Positions 46,301 through 54,731 of a DNA stretch of 64,000 nt are shown piece by piece (positions within the stretch are counted from its first letter, which is position 1; each line of letters begins with the position of its first letter). Below the pieces are notes generated by a model. The model saw only the letters and a list, made by a program, of their open reading frames with translations, ran no database searches and was not told where the DNA came from. The translations under genes and the position numbers were made by a program. The stretch is from Candidatus Micrarchaeota archaeon (GTDB taxonomy: Archaea; Micrarchaeota; Micrarchaeia; Anstonellales; Anstonellaceae): contig CAZOMB010000003.1 of NCBI GenBank assembly GCA_964581105.1, positions 4,421 to 68,420 of the forward strand. Reading direction: 5' to 3'.

Positions 46301-46433
46301 ACTGAAAAAGCACTCATCAAAACTGGCCTCCCAGGTTAACGCAGAAAAAGTGTCATTCTCAAAAGGGGCAGGCTTTTGCAAGCAATGGGAGATACAAGGG
46401 GCAAAGCTGGCAATTTCCATTGAGAAAAAGTGA
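43398..46433 (+). CDS. ileS: Isoleucyl-tRNA synthetase
   Basis: HPGTAWNK (HIGH-like), KMSKS, and CP1 editing-domain spacing. Confidence 0.95.
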   Translation: MHDQVKLEKEVLGFWKKGKIYQKVVESVKDGKPFYFCDGPPYATGQIHPGTAWNKALKDCVCRYKRAKGFAVRAQPGYDTHGLPIEVKVEKELKISNKNQIEKLGVESFVQKCKAFATQYIGIISEQFESCGVWMDWNNPYVTYKDSYIESCWRTIHAAHEKGLLHEGVYVVPYCSRCETTLANYELEYGDEQDPSIFVKFKSSSGKNEYFVIWTTTPWTLVSNMAIMAHPVYTYVKVKVGGETWILAKDRLDYLMSIIGESATVLGELSGKKLEKLKYLHPLQNKIGKKCERKVILSDEFVTLEEGTGLVHCAPGHGMADFIIGKRFGIDAFAPVDTAGKFTKEGGTYHGMPVREASEKIIQDLKEAGALVHSGKVLHRYPHCWRCKTPLIYTATNQWFIAVTKLKEKMLEQIDNCEWHPEFAKTRFKEFVSSAPDWCISRQRYWGIPLPIWKERHSGHVKVIGSAKELPKMPELHRPHIDKIKLKAKDGKTMHRIPDILDVWFDSGNAVWASLTEEERKIFPRTDFIVEGKDQIRGWFYSLLGSGVLLNNEIPYKALLMHGFFVDEKGEKMSKSVGNFVPLEDVTGKYGADAFRLWSLSNTVWDDLRFNWEEIKEAHRSIGTIYNLGVFLSRFCPLGRKPVLPALDELATEDKWLLSRLFATTKACSEAFEGYQPHVAAKALRDFLVEDVSRFYMKLAKQRIDEKKGTCPAMAVLYKAVLDSLCMLTPVAPFISESIYQSFYRKKEHKESISLLAWPEAEKAHYDALLERRFEIAREIATACASCRQKAQIPLRWPLEKVRVVSESTEVLSAVEHLSALVESLSNVKSVKITKQPKSTITVSVNKSKVGAAFKKESQEAILAIERQGPGAIEKWISSDEKEFLAEGKFKIQKDMVEVSETAKGYEIARFDGGKVYLKTEIKKPLYEEAMVREVARRVQIMRKEKKLVESDKISLGIETSDKKLSPILKKHSSKLASQVNAEKVSFSKGAGFCKQWEIQGAKLAISIEKK

Positions 46434-46503
46434 GTTGACCAGCTGCATTTTTTAACTATGTCTTCTTTTTTCATTTGGTGTTGTTACGGGCAGGATAATC
46501 AGG

Positions 46504-47745
46504 GTGCATGCAAGGGAAGTGCTTGACTCAAGGGCAAACCCCACAGTACAGGCAGAAGTGTTTTCAAAAGACGGTTTTGGAAGGGCAACAGCCCCTTCTG
46601 GCGCCTCAACTGGAAAGCACGAGGCAGTTGAGCTTAGGGACAAGGAAAAGCGGTTTTTTGGCAAAGGGGTAAGAAAGGCAGTCAGCAATGTGAATACAGT
46701 TATAGCAAGCTCCCTTATTGGCATGGAAGTATTTGACCAAAAGCTTGTTGACCATATGCTTTGCAGCCTTGATGGAACAAAGGACAAGTCAAGGCTTGGG
46801 GCAAATGCAACAACGGCTGTTTCTCTTGCAAATGCACAGTGTGCAGCGTCTGAAAAGGGAATAGGGCTTTATTCGCTTCTTGGAGGGGGGGTATTGCCAG
46901 CGCCTATGATGAACCTTATTAATGGAGGCAAGCACGCATCAAATGGGCTGGCAATACAGGAGTTCATGGTATTTCCGACAGGCTTTTCCAGCTTTTCACA
47001 GACTTTGCAGGCAGGCTCTGAAATATACCATGAGCTTGGCAAATTGATATCAAAAAAATACGGCAAAGGCTCAACAGGCCTTGGGGATGAAGGAGGATTT
47101 GCCCCGCAATGCAGGTCAACAAAAGATGCGTTATCACTTCTTGAGTCTGCAATATCAAATTCAGGCTATTCAAAAAAGGTGAAAATGGCTATTGATGCAG
47201 CTGCATCGTCATTTTACAGCCAAAAGGAAAAAAAGTACTTTATTGACAAAAAAAAGCTCTCTTCTTTACAGCTTACAGACTTTTACAAATCCCTTTCAAA
47301 GCAATTCCCGATAATCAGCATAGAAGACCCGTTTGAGGAAGAGGCATTCTCAAGCTTTGCGTCTCTTCGGAAAAAGCTGAAGGGAAAAGTGCAGATTGTT
47401 GGGGATGACCTTGTTGTGACAAATGTTTCAAGGCTCAAAAAGGCAATTTCACAAAAGTCAATAAGCGCACTTCTTCTCAAGGTAAACCAGGTGGGCACCC
47501 TTACAGAGGCAATTGAAGCTGCCTTGCTTTGCAGGAAGAAAAAGCTAGGGGTGATAGTTTCCCACAGGTCAGGAGAAACAGAGGACACTGCAATTGCAGA
47601 CCTTGCAGTTGGCCTTGCTTGCGGCCAGATAAAAACAGGATCTCTTGCCAGAAGTGAGAGGACTTCCAAATACAACAGATTGCTGCAAATAGAAGAAGAG
47701 CTTGGCAGCAGCTCATTTGCAAAGGGCACTGGGATTGCTTTTTAG
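46504..47745 (+). CDS. eno: Enolase
   Basis: AREVLDSRANPTVQAEV N-terminus with conserved enolase blocks throughout. GTG start. Confidence 0.95.
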   Translation: MHAREVLDSRANPTVQAEVFSKDGFGRATAPSGASTGKHEAVELRDKEKRFFGKGVRKAVSNVNTVIASSLIGMEVFDQKLVDHMLCSLDGTKDKSRLGANATTAVSLANAQCAASEKGIGLYSLLGGGVLPAPMMNLINGGKHASNGLAIQEFMVFPTGFSSFSQTLQAGSEIYHELGKLISKKYGKGSTGLGDEGGFAPQCRSTKDALSLLESAISNSGYSKKVKMAIDAAASSFYSQKEKKYFIDKKKLSSLQLTDFYKSLSKQFPIISIEDPFEEEAFSSFASLRKKLKGKVQIVGDDLVVTNVSRLKKAISQKSISALLLKVNQVGTLTEAIEAALLCRKKKLGVIVSHRSGETEDTAIADLAVGLACGQIKTGSLARSERTSKYNRLLQIEEELGSSSFAKGTGIAF

Positions 47746-48062
47746 TCCAAGTCGTACTTTTTCTTTATTCCGCCCTCAGGGTGGTCAACAGCGTCCTTAA
47801 GCTGGGAAATCAAAAATTTCATCAAACTCTTGGCCTCCTCACTGTTTACAAACAGATTTGAGCGCCAGCTCCACTGGGCGGCTATTTTGCTCTTGTCTCC
47901 ATCCTTGCCAATCTCATACCCGCTTGCAACAACCATAAGATATGGCCTTCCTTTCATGCCATCCAAAAACTCTCCATGGACCTTTTCCATTAGCTTTGGA
48001 AGCTTGTCCTCGTCTGGAAACTTCTTTTTTTCCTCTTTTTCCTTGTTTTTCTTGTCAGCCAT
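47742..48062 (-). CDS. Hypothetical protein
   Basis: GGGGGA then ATG (MADKKNKEKEE...). TTTATAA lies upstream. The ORF track's N-terminal extension is unlikely. Confidence 0.4.
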   Translation of the reverse strand: MADKKNKEKEEKKKFPDEDKLPKLMEKVHGEFLDGMKGRPYLMVVASGYEIGKDGDKSKIAAQWSWRSNLFVNSEEAKSLMKFLISQLKDAVDHPEGGIKKKYDLD

Positions 48063-48190
48063 GCAAATCCCCCTTATAAACTCTTGTATATTTTTGGGCA
48101 TAATAAAGTTAAATTGCTTTGCAAAGCGCCCACCCCTTAAGCAGAGCACAAGCCTTTTAAAGTGTTGTGGTAATATAAAAACAATAGTGG

Positions 48191-51100
48191 GTGTTATTAG
48201 TGGCGAATAGTGATATCGAGATAACCAAATTTCCTTCTGTTAGTGAAATTAAGGAAGCCCATACTCCATTATGGGATGACCTTATTGACACGTTAAGGGC
48301 AATAGGAAAAAGGGAAGAGGCGCTGAGGGAAAGGGCAAGGTTCGAGGCTTTGGTGCAAAATGAGCAGGACATGTTTGCCAAAGAAAAATACCATGGGAAA
48401 ATAGCAGAGCAGGACAGGCAAATTTCCAACCTTAATCAATTTATGAAAGACATTGGCTATGTCAACCCTTCAACATATGAAAAGGACCTTAAAGCTGTTG
48501 ATGAGGCAATAAAAAAGGCAAATAAATCATATTCAAAGTCATTGGAAAGCCATGCAGACGAGCAACTTAGGGAAATCAGAAGGCTTGAAATTAATGAAAC
48601 ACTAAGAGACACGCCGGACCTGTTCCTGGATACAGTAAAAAAAGTAAACAAAAGAGATCAAATTCAGGAACGAAAGATATGGGAGATAATAAATGGCATA
48701 GAGGCGAGAAAGCCCTCCGCGCGAGATGCTTCCTCAGAGGCTGAAGAGAAATTTGAAAGAGTGAGAAAAGCCCTATTGAAGTTTGTTGAAAGTGACGAGT
48801 ACCTTTACCTGCCGCATGGAGTAAGGCAGGAGCAGCGTAGGAAAATCATAGCCGATGCTCTTGAGGTTGCCCCTAAAGATGTAAAGGAATACAAGGAGAA
48901 GACAGAGGAGCCTGTTGAGAAAGAGATTGAGGCAAAGCTGACTCCAGCACAAAAAATGGAAAAGATTGGCGAGGCAGCAAAGCGCATGAAAGAGACGATA
49001 GCAGACAAGGCAAAGGAGTTCATAGAAGTAAAAGAGAAAATAGCAGCTATTGAGGAAGGCATAACTGCTGTAGAGAAAAACAATGAATCTATTCAAGGAT
49101 CAAGCAACAGAGTCAAAGAAAATATGGACAGTCTTAAAAGAATGATTATACATTTAGATCCAAACGCACAAAAACTCATCGATGAAAATAACAATTTAGA
49201 CATCAAATCTGCCAGTCTTCAAGCTCAAAATGAGAAAATCCTTGCGAAATTTATGGTAAAAAGCCTAGACGGACTTGTTGCAAAAAAGAAAAAACTGGAA
49301 AAAAGGCGCAAGCTCCTCAACAAGTTCTTTGTCAAAAACAAAAAGCCGATAAAACAGTTCCTATCATTGGTCATTAAGGAAAAAGAGAATCTGAGAGAAG
49401 AAGAGCACAAGTTCGAACATGAGAAGAGAAAGCTTGAGGTTTCAAAAATCGCTGAAAGGCGCAAGACATGGTTTAATAAAAATGCTGGAAAAGGCAAGGA
49501 GAAAGAAGTAAAAACACGCAAAGGAGACACTGTGGACAAAACAACCGAAACCATTCTGACACCTGAAGTAACTAAGACCAGTAAAAAGAGAGAAAAAACA
49601 AAGAAAAAGACTGGCAAAGGCAAAGAAACAGGCAAAGAGGTTATCGAACTTAGCTGGACAACAACACCATTTATTCAGATCCCTGAACTCACTGAAACTA
49701 AAGGCAAAACGCAAATCACAAAAGAGCAGGAAATCAGAGAAGAAGAAAGAAAGAATGCGCTAAAGGAGCGTCTTCTTTACCTTGACAAAATAAAAAAGGA
49801 AGAAAAGTCTAAAAAAGAGAAGAAAGAGGAAGAAAAAGTTGAGGTTCACAAAAAGGAGGTTGTTGTGCCTAAGCGCAAGGAGAAAATCGAAGATAAGGAC
49901 AAGGGAAAAGTGCCAGTCGAGGTTGATTATGAAGAGATTGGCAACAAGAAAAAGAAAAAAGAAAAAAATAAAGGCGAAGAAAAAGTATCAACAAAAGAAG
50001 TAGATGGCAAAAAGGCGATTTCTGAAGTGCTTGCGCAAATCAGAGCCGACAAAGTGGATGAGTTTGCAAAGCTTCTCAGGGCAAAGGAGAAGTTCAGGAA
50101 CAGGTTCAAAAAGAAATGGATAAGAAAGCTTCTCCTGGTCAAAAAGGATAATAAAATACTTGAAAAAGAGAACTACAAAAAGGCAAAGGCTGATTTTGTT
50201 GCCCTTGTTAATAATTCTGACAGCAAAAGTGATCTTTCAGTGCAATTAAATCAAAGCCTAAACAGACTCAAAGAAAAGAGCTTTAGCATTGACAAGCTCC
50301 TAAGGTTGCTAAGAAAGCCAAAGGTGGCAACAGGAAGGCTCGCAATAGGCATTGGCCTGGCTGCATTTGGGATTGCAACAGGGGGCGCACTGCCCTTTGC
50401 ATTGGGGGCAGGGGCAATTGCCATTGGAGCAATCGGCAGGTTTGTAACAGTGCAGGCTGCCTGGGACAAAATCCATTACAGAATAGGCATAAGCAAGAAC
50501 AAAGATGCAGAACACAAGATTGCTGCTCACATAATGCACAACAGCCAGTCAAAGAGATTTGCACAAGACGCAGAGAAATTGAAAGAGGTTAGCGGAGAGA
50601 AAATTGCAGATTCTCTTCTTGACTATGCTCATAAGCTTGGGAAAAACAGGGTAATGAAAAATACTTTTTCAGCTCTTGCAGGTGCAACAGCAGCTCTGTT
50701 CCCAGCCCTTGGAGTAAGAATATCCGACATGTTTGGTGTTGAGAGCACAACAAGCACAACAAAGCTTGGCATTACTGACCAGTCTCCTGGCACTACGAAA
50801 ACAGTTCCTCCGGGAATAACAAGTGAGCAAGTATACACAGTTCCAAAGGGAGGCGGCATATGGCACATTTCTGAGGATATAGCAGAAAAGCAGGTTCCTG
50901 GCTTTGAAAACCTTTCAAAAGGCGACAAAAACATTGTCATTGATGCAATAAAGGATTATATAGTTGACAACCCTGGAAAAATGGGCTTGGAGGACAGTGA
51001 AATAATCCCAAGGCCTGTGAGCAAAGGAGGTCCATGGCTCACTGAGGGAGCTGACGTTAATTTCGTGCCAAAAGAGCACCTTCAGGGCATTGGAAAGCAC

Positions 51101-51406
51101 ATTCCAAAGTCAATATTAGGCAAGCTTGGCTTGACTGATAAATTCAATTTCACTAATGGCACGCTCAGCCAAAAAACATCAGAACTTATTGGCAAGGTTG
51201 GCAAAAAGACTGCTGCTCTGTTTGGCAATACCAGCATAGGCACTGCTGACACGCTTGGCACTGACGCAGCAATAGGAACAAAGACTGTTGTTGGCACAAG
51301 TGACACTGGCGGCGGCAATATCAGGAGCTTCATGAAGAAAGTCACATCAAAAGTAAGCAAAGTAATAACTGGGCCAAGAACACCAATACAGCCAATAGGA
51401 CAATAA
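48191..51406 (+). CDS. Giant (1071-aa) K/E-rich coiled-coil protein with a glycine-zipper TM segment, AT-rich island family member 4
   Basis: About 600 aa of heptad-like K/E-rich sequence, then GRLAIGIGLAAFGIATGGALPFALGAGAIAIGAIG, then a Thr/Gly-rich C-terminal domain. Confidence 0.55.
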   Translation: MLLVANSDIEITKFPSVSEIKEAHTPLWDDLIDTLRAIGKREEALRERARFEALVQNEQDMFAKEKYHGKIAEQDRQISNLNQFMKDIGYVNPSTYEKDLKAVDEAIKKANKSYSKSLESHADEQLREIRRLEINETLRDTPDLFLDTVKKVNKRDQIQERKIWEIINGIEARKPSARDASSEAEEKFERVRKALLKFVESDEYLYLPHGVRQEQRRKIIADALEVAPKDVKEYKEKTEEPVEKEIEAKLTPAQKMEKIGEAAKRMKETIADKAKEFIEVKEKIAAIEEGITAVEKNNESIQGSSNRVKENMDSLKRMIIHLDPNAQKLIDENNNLDIKSASLQAQNEKILAKFMVKSLDGLVAKKKKLEKRRKLLNKFFVKNKKPIKQFLSLVIKEKENLREEEHKFEHEKRKLEVSKIAERRKTWFNKNAGKGKEKEVKTRKGDTVDKTTETILTPEVTKTSKKREKTKKKTGKGKETGKEVIELSWTTTPFIQIPELTETKGKTQITKEQEIREEERKNALKERLLYLDKIKKEEKSKKEKKEEEKVEVHKKEVVVPKRKEKIEDKDKGKVPVEVDYEEIGNKKKKKEKNKGEEKVSTKEVDGKKAISEVLAQIRADKVDEFAKLLRAKEKFRNRFKKKWIRKLLLVKKDNKILEKENYKKAKADFVALVNNSDSKSDLSVQLNQSLNRLKEKSFSIDKLLRLLRKPKVATGRLAIGIGLAAFGIATGGALPFALGAGAIAIGAIGRFVTVQAAWDKIHYRIGISKNKDAEHKIAAHIMHNSQSKRFAQDAEKLKEVSGEKIADSLLDYAHKLGKNRVMKNTFSALAGATAALFPALGVRISDMFGVESTTSTTKLGITDQSPGTTKTVPPGITSEQVYTVPKGGGIWHISEDIAEKQVPGFENLSKGDKNIVIDAIKDYIVDNPGKMGLEDSEIIPRPVSKGGPWLTEGADVNFVPKEHLQGIGKHIPKSILGKLGLTDKFNFTNGTLSQKTSELIGKVGKKTAALFGNTSIGTADTLGTDAAIGTKTVVGTSDTGGGNIRSFMKKVTSKVSKVITGPRTPIQPIGQ

Positions 51407-51469
51407 GAAAATACGCCCCGGGGATCTGAGTGAACTTTGTTCACTTCTCCCCCTGGCTCCGCTTCGCTA

Positions 51470-51567
51470 CGCCCCGGGGAGGACTTGAACCTCCGACCTA
51501 TGGATTTCTGCTCTCCTTTTGAGAAAAGCTAACAGTCCATCGCTCTAACCAACTGAGCTACCGAGGC
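51470..51567 (-). tRNA. tRNA-Asn (anticodon GUU) with a 24-nt intron at the canonical 37/38 position
   Basis: On the minus strand: GCCTCGG-TA-GCTC-AGTTGGTTA-GAGC-G-ATGGA-CTGTTA[GCTTTTCTCAAAAGGAGAGCAGAA]A-TCCAT-AGGTC-GGAGG-TTCAAGT-CCTCC-CCGGGGC-G. Confidence 0.75.
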
Positions 51568-51905
51568 TTATTGTCCATTTTCTGCGGAAAATGAACATCC
51601 GGTGAAACCTGTGGGTTCCACCAGCTGTCCAAAACAGCGAAGCTGTTTTGTCCATGCCACAGGCCGGATTTTCAGATGTTACTGTCTCCCTTGACGGAGG
51701 AAGTAACGTAGAAACCCACCTTATGAAAACCAAAGGGGTTTCTCGTTTGAACCGGCAACACATCGGTTCCAAAACCGCCGGCGGGTTTTGGAGAATCCCG
51801 CATCCCTGCCAACGGTCCTTCAGCCGATTGCTCTCCCAGGTTGAGCTACTGTGGCTCTAAGACATGTTCTGCTGAAAAACGTTAATAAATGCATTGAAAA
51901 GGAAA

Positions 51906-52997
51906 CTAGCCAATTACCGTTTCAATGACCTCTTCATGAGGCGCATCTGTCCTTATTGCAGTTGCACAAAAATGAGTCCTTGTTGCCAAAAATCCTGCTT
52001 TTCTTAGGTTTTCAAGTACATCATCAATTCTTTTTATTGGCTTTTTCATTTTCTTTGCAAGCACATGAAGGTCATAATATGCATAAGAATTGATTTTGCT
52101 CTCTGAAAGCATGGTGCTCAGCAGCTTTTCTATTTCCTTTTTCTTTTTGTAGTGCCTTTTGACATTTTCTTGCAGCATTTTTCCTATTATTTTGCTGTCC
52201 CAGAGCGGACCAGTATAAAGTGGCCCTGCAAAAAGCAGGGAATTTCCACAATATGGGCAATCCCTTGCTTTGGGAAGCCTTTTTGCCTCCCTAAAGCAGC
52301 ATTTTGTGCAATAGCCCAAAAAGCTAAGAGACTTTACTGACAAAACCGCCTTTTCAGAGCCTTTTGAAATTTCAAATATTATTTTCACATAATGCCTGTG
52401 AGATAAGGTGAAAATGGGCTTTGCAGACAAATTGAACGGCGAAAACTCCTGGATGACTTTTGCTGCCAATATCCTGACGGCATTTTCATGGCAAAACTCA
52501 TTGTCAAGAGGGATTGAGCAATAATTTTTCAGGCACGCAGAATGGTGGGCCCCGCAAAGAACAGCCATGTCTGTTGCTGTCACTGACAAATAGCCTTTCT
52601 TTTTTGCTCTGAAGGAGTGGGCAGCATAATGGAGATATGGCACAGGAGAGCCAAATGGGTCTATTTCAACAAAGTCAAACCTGTTTTCAAGCAAAAAGCG
52701 CTTTGCATCTGCTTTTATGCACTTGCATTTCACTTTATTTTTCTTTGCATTTTTCCTTGCGCACAAAACAGCTTTTTTGCTCATGTCAACCAATGTAAGT
52801 GGGCCAAGCTTGTTTTCCTTTTTGTAGCGTATTCCCCTCACTCCTGTTGCGCACATTGCATCAAGCAAAGAGGGTTTTCCCCCAATCGCCATGACACAAA
52901 GGCTGCAAATGTCCCTGCAAAGCTCCATTTCAGGGTTGTAAAACACTCCTTCTGGAATGCTCAGTAATGCCTTGCCCTCAGAGGCTGTTTTTCCCAT
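51906..52997 (-). CDS. trm1: tRNA (guanine26-N2)-dimethyltransferase Trm1
   Basis: MGKTASEGKALLSIPEGVFYNPEMELCRDI ... ATGVRGIRY. C-terminal Zn-ribbon CTKCC..CPYCG. Confidence 0.85.
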   Translation of the reverse strand: MGKTASEGKALLSIPEGVFYNPEMELCRDICSLCVMAIGGKPSLLDAMCATGVRGIRYKKENKLGPLTLVDMSKKAVLCARKNAKKNKVKCKCIKADAKRFLLENRFDFVEIDPFGSPVPYLHYAAHSFRAKKKGYLSVTATDMAVLCGAHHSACLKNYCSIPLDNEFCHENAVRILAAKVIQEFSPFNLSAKPIFTLSHRHYVKIIFEISKGSEKAVLSVKSLSFLGYCTKCCFREAKRLPKARDCPYCGNSLLFAGPLYTGPLWDSKIIGKMLQENVKRHYKKKKEIEKLLSTMLSESKINSYAYYDLHVLAKKMKKPIKRIDDVLENLRKAGFLATRTHFCATAIRTDAPHEEVIETVIG

Positions 52998-53038
52998 AGT
53001 GTTGTTTTTGGATAAAGGGATAAAAAACATGCCTGTGT

Positions 53039-54289
53039 GTGCTTTTCATGGAAAAGGAGGTGCGCCGCTCAATAATTTCTGGAAGGGTTGATGCTCCGGC
53101 GTCAGCTGCAATGGCACACAGGGCAATAATTGCAGCATGTTTTTCGCCAGGAGCCTCATTGGTATCAGGGATTCCTGATTCAGAGGACATACAGGCAACA
53201 ATAGGCGCATGTGAAGCCATTGGAGCAGATATTGTCACAGATAAAGGGGTTGCTGACATATTTGGGCCTGAAATGCTTTTGGCACCTAATGAAATTGACT
53301 GCAAAAAGAGCAATACCACTTTAAAGCTGTTTTTGCCAATTTGCTCGCTTTTTGACAGCCCTTCTAAGCTTTCTGGCTCAGGCAGGCTTTCAAGGAAAAT
53401 GCTTCGGCCATTTTCAGAATACCTTAATGGGCTTGCTGTTTCTTCTTCAGACTCAAACGGCTTTTTACCAATCAAAGTAAAGGGGCCTCTTGTTGCAGAC
53501 AATATTGTTTACTTTTCAGGCTTAGGCACACAGTTTCTCTCAGGGTTTCTTTTGTCAGCCCCAATGAGAATGCAGGACACTGCAATAGTCATTGAAGGAA
53601 AAACCCGAGGCATGGGATATATTGACAAGACTATAGACATGATGGAAAAATGCGGGGTTGAATTTTTCTCAAAAAAGCAGGGAATGATTTATTTGGCAGG
53701 AAGGCAGGGCTTCCTTTCGCCAGAAGAGCTTCAAGTGCCTGCAAGCCCATATTTATCCTCATTCCTTCTTCTTGCAGGTGCAGTTGGAGGAAAAGTGATT
53801 GTTGAAAAAATGCCAAAATACAGCAGGCTTGAAAAGCTGCTCAGCAAATTCGGGGCGCATGCAAAGTTTTCTGAGGGCAATTTCACTGCATCTGCAGGAG
53901 TTCTTGAGGGAACAGAGCTTAATGCAAATGAGCTTGACGAGCTTTTGGTTCATGCAATGGTTTTAGCAAGCCTTTCAACGAAAGAAACAAAGCTTTTGGG
54001 AATAAGCTCACTTGGGAAAAGGCAGTCAAACAGGATGAGGCTTATGGCAAGGGAGCTTTCAAGAATGGGCGCAAAAGTAAAAGAAGCCCCTGGCTCTCTT
54101 TTGGTATCTGGTGGAAACCTTCAGGGGGCAGAAATTGAGCCTGAAAACGATCCTGCTGTTGCAATGGCCTGCTCAGCTGCTGCTGTTTGTGCCAGCGGTT
54201 TTACAAAAATAAAAGGGGCAGAGATTGTCAGCCGCTCATTTCCTGGCTTCTTCAGGAATTTGGCTATGCTAGGGGCAATAGTACGATAA
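53039..54289 (+). CDS. Enolpyruvyl transferase family protein (EPSP synthase/AroA-like, divergent)
   Basis: N-terminal GRVDAPASAAMAHRAIIAA. C-terminus SRSFPGFFRNLAMLGA resembles the AroA C-terminus. The LGNAGTAMR-type loop is degenerate (KSNTTLKLFLP). Confidence 0.6.
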   Translation: MLFMEKEVRRSIISGRVDAPASAAMAHRAIIAACFSPGASLVSGIPDSEDIQATIGACEAIGADIVTDKGVADIFGPEMLLAPNEIDCKKSNTTLKLFLPICSLFDSPSKLSGSGRLSRKMLRPFSEYLNGLAVSSSDSNGFLPIKVKGPLVADNIVYFSGLGTQFLSGFLLSAPMRMQDTAIVIEGKTRGMGYIDKTIDMMEKCGVEFFSKKQGMIYLAGRQGFLSPEELQVPASPYLSSFLLLAGAVGGKVIVEKMPKYSRLEKLLSKFGAHAKFSEGNFTASAGVLEGTELNANELDELLVHAMVLASLSTKETKLLGISSLGKRQSNRMRLMARELSRMGAKVKEAPGSLLVSGGNLQGAEIEPENDPAVAMACSAAAVCASGFTKIKGAEIVSRSFPGFFRNLAMLGAIVR

Positions 54290-54496
54290 AGAATAGGAAG
54301 CTAAAGCTCGCCAACCCTTCTCTTAACCTTTCTTTTCAGCCTTTTGCGCCTTTTTTTGAGCCATTTCCAGCGCATTCTCCCCTTCTTTTTGTGGGTCCAA
54401 AGCCAAAGCGTTCAGACTTTCCACTTTCGGGGACGAGCACCCATGTCATATCACCTTGTTATTGCGTGTTTATTGCCCAATACCAATAAAAAGCCA

Positions 54497-54730
54497 TCAT
54501 TTGTTTCCTGCCTTCAGGTAAGCGTCAATAAGCCCATGCGCATAGTTGATGCACCCAAAAGCAGTCACAAAATCCTTTTTCTCAAGGAAGTACTTGGTAT
54601 CCTCGCAGTATTTTTTTGCCAATTCTATTACTGTGGAGTTTTCAGGGGTTAGTTTCACTTTTTTTACATTGGCATAAAACTGCTTTATGTCGCTTTGTAT
54701 CCTCTCTTTTTCGCTTTTTTTTGCAATCAC
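54497..54730 (-). CDS. Small helical protein co-oriented downstream of bud32
   Basis: A 77-aa ORF. Not recognisably Pcc1 or Cgi121. Confidence 0.4.
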   Translation of the reverse strand: MIAKKSEKERIQSDIKQFYANVKKVKLTPENSTVIELAKKYCEDTKYFLEKKDFVTAFGCINYAHGLIDAYLKAGNK

Positions 54731-54731
54731 T

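Noticed and set aside
50283-50564. Cys-rich ORFs 50283..50564 and 50309..50539 (-)
   Set aside because: Reverse-complement of the GGC/GCA-rich glycine-zipper coding segment of the 1071-aa gene. Cys codons arise from the GCA/GCC complement.
51575-51880. Second RNase P RNA
   Set aside because: CR-I-like and CR-V-like segments exist but are only ~85 nt apart, with ~150 nt of extra structured sequence after CR-V. The 17942-18238 locus fits the canonical architecture much better. Kept only as an unassigned structured region.
52978-53502. ORF 52978..53502 (-)
   Set aside because: Antisense to the 5' half of the AroA-like gene and overlapping the trm1 start. No motifs.
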